In this document: in pieces, positions 61,512 to 64,000 of the stretch
Position numbering within the stretch: position 1 is the first letter of the stretch
How the letters are laid out: each line of letters opens with the position of its first letter
Assembly: GCA_964016885.1 (NCBI GenBank)
Contig: OZ024741.1
Location: forward strand, 235,972,001 to 236,036,000
From: Eledone cirrhosa
Lineage: Eukaryota
Length of the DNA stretch: 64,000 bases
Reading direction: 5' to 3'
Notes under the pieces: model-generated
Databases searched by the model: none
Seen by the model: the letters and a program-made list of their open reading frames with translations, nothing else
What the model was told of the DNA's origin: nothing
Program-made: the position numbers and the translations under genes

Positions 61512-61960
61512 TCAACGGAAATTTTTGAGGTAAGCCAACACGTTTGCCGTATTACCGCGGGTGGTGGCGAGGCAAAAACGCTGAAACAACCAGGCACCCC
61601 CACGGGCATCACCTGACACCTCGGTAAAGCGAACCGCTAACGATGACAAGAACTTCGCTGTCAGCGACCTAGCTCCAACAAACGTCTTAAACGCTACGGG
61701 CTGGAAAAAAAAGTTATTTAAAAGTTCCCGGTAGTTTAGGATTTTATTCCGTTCGGTTACAGAAGTAGTGACTCTCACATTTACCACGGCATCCATGATG
61801 TAGGAGGGAGCAAGAGTCACTAACTGTGCCGTCCCAGATGAGACATCTGCCTCTTATCCAGGGACAAAGGGTAAGACTATCTGGTCTATCAATTCTGGAT
61901 AATCCAACCGGCTCTAGAACTGAAGGGGTATTTGCTCGAGCTGGGGCCCACTTGATGGTG
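61512..61960 (-). mobile_element. Second, older CRE-like endonuclease fragment
   Basis: PSVLEPVGLSRIDRPD..TLCPWIRGRCLIWDGTV / LAPSY...FQPVAFKT...WLFQR...RGN. Confidence 0.8.
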
Positions 61961-63153
61961 TTTGCTTTTGTAATCATATTTACTGTCACATGAGCCGCCA
62001 GTTAAACCAGTAAACTTGTGTGACCTACCAACTTCTAAAAACCCAAACGAGGAGTACCATGAAAAAAAAGTGTCCCAAAACGGGGAGAAATGAGGCAAAA
62101 AGGGGGAAATTTTACATACTGAAAGTTATACCCATTTTCACAAGAGAAGACATCTCTCACTCATCCCAAAGTGGGCGAGAGATCTCCCCGTCGGACGGGG
62201 AGAGCTGACAGGTCTGATTTTAATGAGCATAAGAAAAATGAATTATTTGGATAATAGATATTCTTTAGCTCGAGGTTCTTTGTTGTCTATATAATAAATC
62301 ATCATCATCCAAAATAAACTCAACGATAGATCTTATTGGATTGCTTCCTTTGAGGCATAATGGCAATGCCTACAAATCTCTTTCGTACAATGTCAGTCTT
62401 ATGATGTCCCCAGCTTATGTTTTAAGCGCGATAATAAATTAAGCAGTTGTTCAACAAAACGACTGAAAGATAACTAAAAGGAACAATCCTAACTATTAGT
62501 CATATATATATTAATTTATATGGAAGAAAACATTTCTCTGACGAGGTAGATCCATCCTCACAAACATTGAAATACACATTTCATTAAAATGTTTCATTTT
62601 ATGTATATAAAATAGCAGACAAAAAAATGAAGGGGAATGTACAAGTCAAGATACTGGGTATCTTTGACAATAGATTTCGAATAAAGGAAATGGTATCACA
62701 CACACACATTATATATGGCAGTATCGGTAGAGGGTCGGACGCCATGCTTTGCAGCATAGAGTTACAGCCCTTTACGGTCTGAGTTCAAATCCCACCGAGG
62801 TTAACTTTGCCTTTCATCCTTATAGGGTCGATAAAATGAAGTACCAGTAATGCACTGGAATAATTGCTTGCATTGTTCCAAAAGTATAAATAAATAAATA
62901 AATATATATATATCATAAAATGAAATTACAGGAGGCCAAAAATGTTGAATTTCCTTAATTATGTATTACCCCCCCCCCCCCAAACAAAAAACACACACAC
63001 TTTTATTGGTTTTAATGATACTGCGGTCGTGCCGTGGCACCGCCTTGATTTCATCGATCATATCGACCGCAATACCTGTTTTTTCAAGTCTGTTGCGTAT
63101 TTTATCGATTCCTTTTTGTCGAATCGCTAGGTTACGGGGAATAAGCAGACACG

Positions 63154-63202
<49 letters not shown>

Positions 63203-63211
63203 GGATGATGA

Positions 63212-63600
63212 TATATGTACTCTTATCCCTTCATTTCTAACCTCACCACTCACAGACACCAATAGTTCATTCCGTATTTGCGACTCCGTCACCTGCACGC
63301 CCATCTACGTAGTCTATGCCCTCCGGTGTTCTCTTTGCGAGTCCTTATACATCGAACAAATAGGACGCCGTTTGGCGGGCCGTTTTGCTGAACATTTGAA
63401 GGGTATACGACTCGGTATGGTTACCCCCGTCGCTTGTCATTTCTGTAGCCCATGCCATTCTTCCCTACATGTCTCAGTCCTTGGTGACCTTTAACATCAC
63501 GGGTCACAGGCTTCGCGCACCAGGACCGAGCAGAGTCTGATTTGCCGCCTTGGGTCTAGTTTCCCCAATGGACTCAACTCCCCTCCCCAATTTCTCCAAA
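63212..63600 (+). mobile_element. Penelope-like GIY-YIG endonuclease fragment
   Basis: TCTPIYVVYALRCSLCESLYIEQIGRRLAGRFAEH...PVACHF...EQSLICRLGS.FPNGLN with one internal stop; preceded by (TA)n(GA)n. Confidence 0.85.
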
Positions 63601-64000
63601 TTAAAAAAAATCTTACACACATACGCTTATGCCAATGACCTATAAACCTCCTTTTTCACACAATGTCAGTAGTACGAGGGAGACCATCGTATATTTCTCT
63701 AAGTCTTATGTTGGCTCCAGCTTCTGTTTTGAGCGTGCTAATAAATCACGCGGTTGTTCAACCCGCGAGAAAAAGCAGCTTGCCTTATAAAAATAAAAGA
63801 CCCGTTAAATAAATATAGCCAAAGACATACAAAAAACAAGGAATAGCTATAGCTGAAATGCCTTCGATTGCCTGCTAGATCGGGCGAATTGGCAGAGGTG
63901 TTAGAGCGATAGACGATGTCTTGTATCTGTTTCGGTTCTTTACGTTCAAATTCCACCTAGAGATTCAAACCCTACCGACGACAAGAGTTAATCTATCGAT

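Overview
AT-rich animal genomic DNA. The repeat repertoire and single-exon C2H2 genes suggest a cephalopod such as Octopus; this is inference, not a database hit. Bases ~4.7-30.4 kb are giant (TA)n-derived microsatellite arrays, with one 200-N gap, studded with 5'-truncated retroelements: RTE LINEs, a CR1-group LINE, Penelope-like elements (PLEs) and tRNA-derived SINEs. Bases 30.4-36.9 kb hold stacked RTE relics, followed by a non-autonomous Helitron-like element. Two host genes are supported, a convergent pair of C2H2 zinc-finger genes (44667-45659 +, 53602-54252 -). The right end has CRE-clade LINE relics and a PLE GIY-YIG fragment. Most notable: (1) a young RTE family with a C4HC3 PHD-like finger embedded inside its reverse transcriptase; (2) a perfect 64-bp-arm palindrome containing a complete type I hammerhead ribozyme fold; (3) two SINE/LINE 3'-tail partnerships; (4) a 500-bp unit with 97-bp terminal redundancy. 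The very long Y/I/M/H ORFs in the track are microsatellite artefacts.
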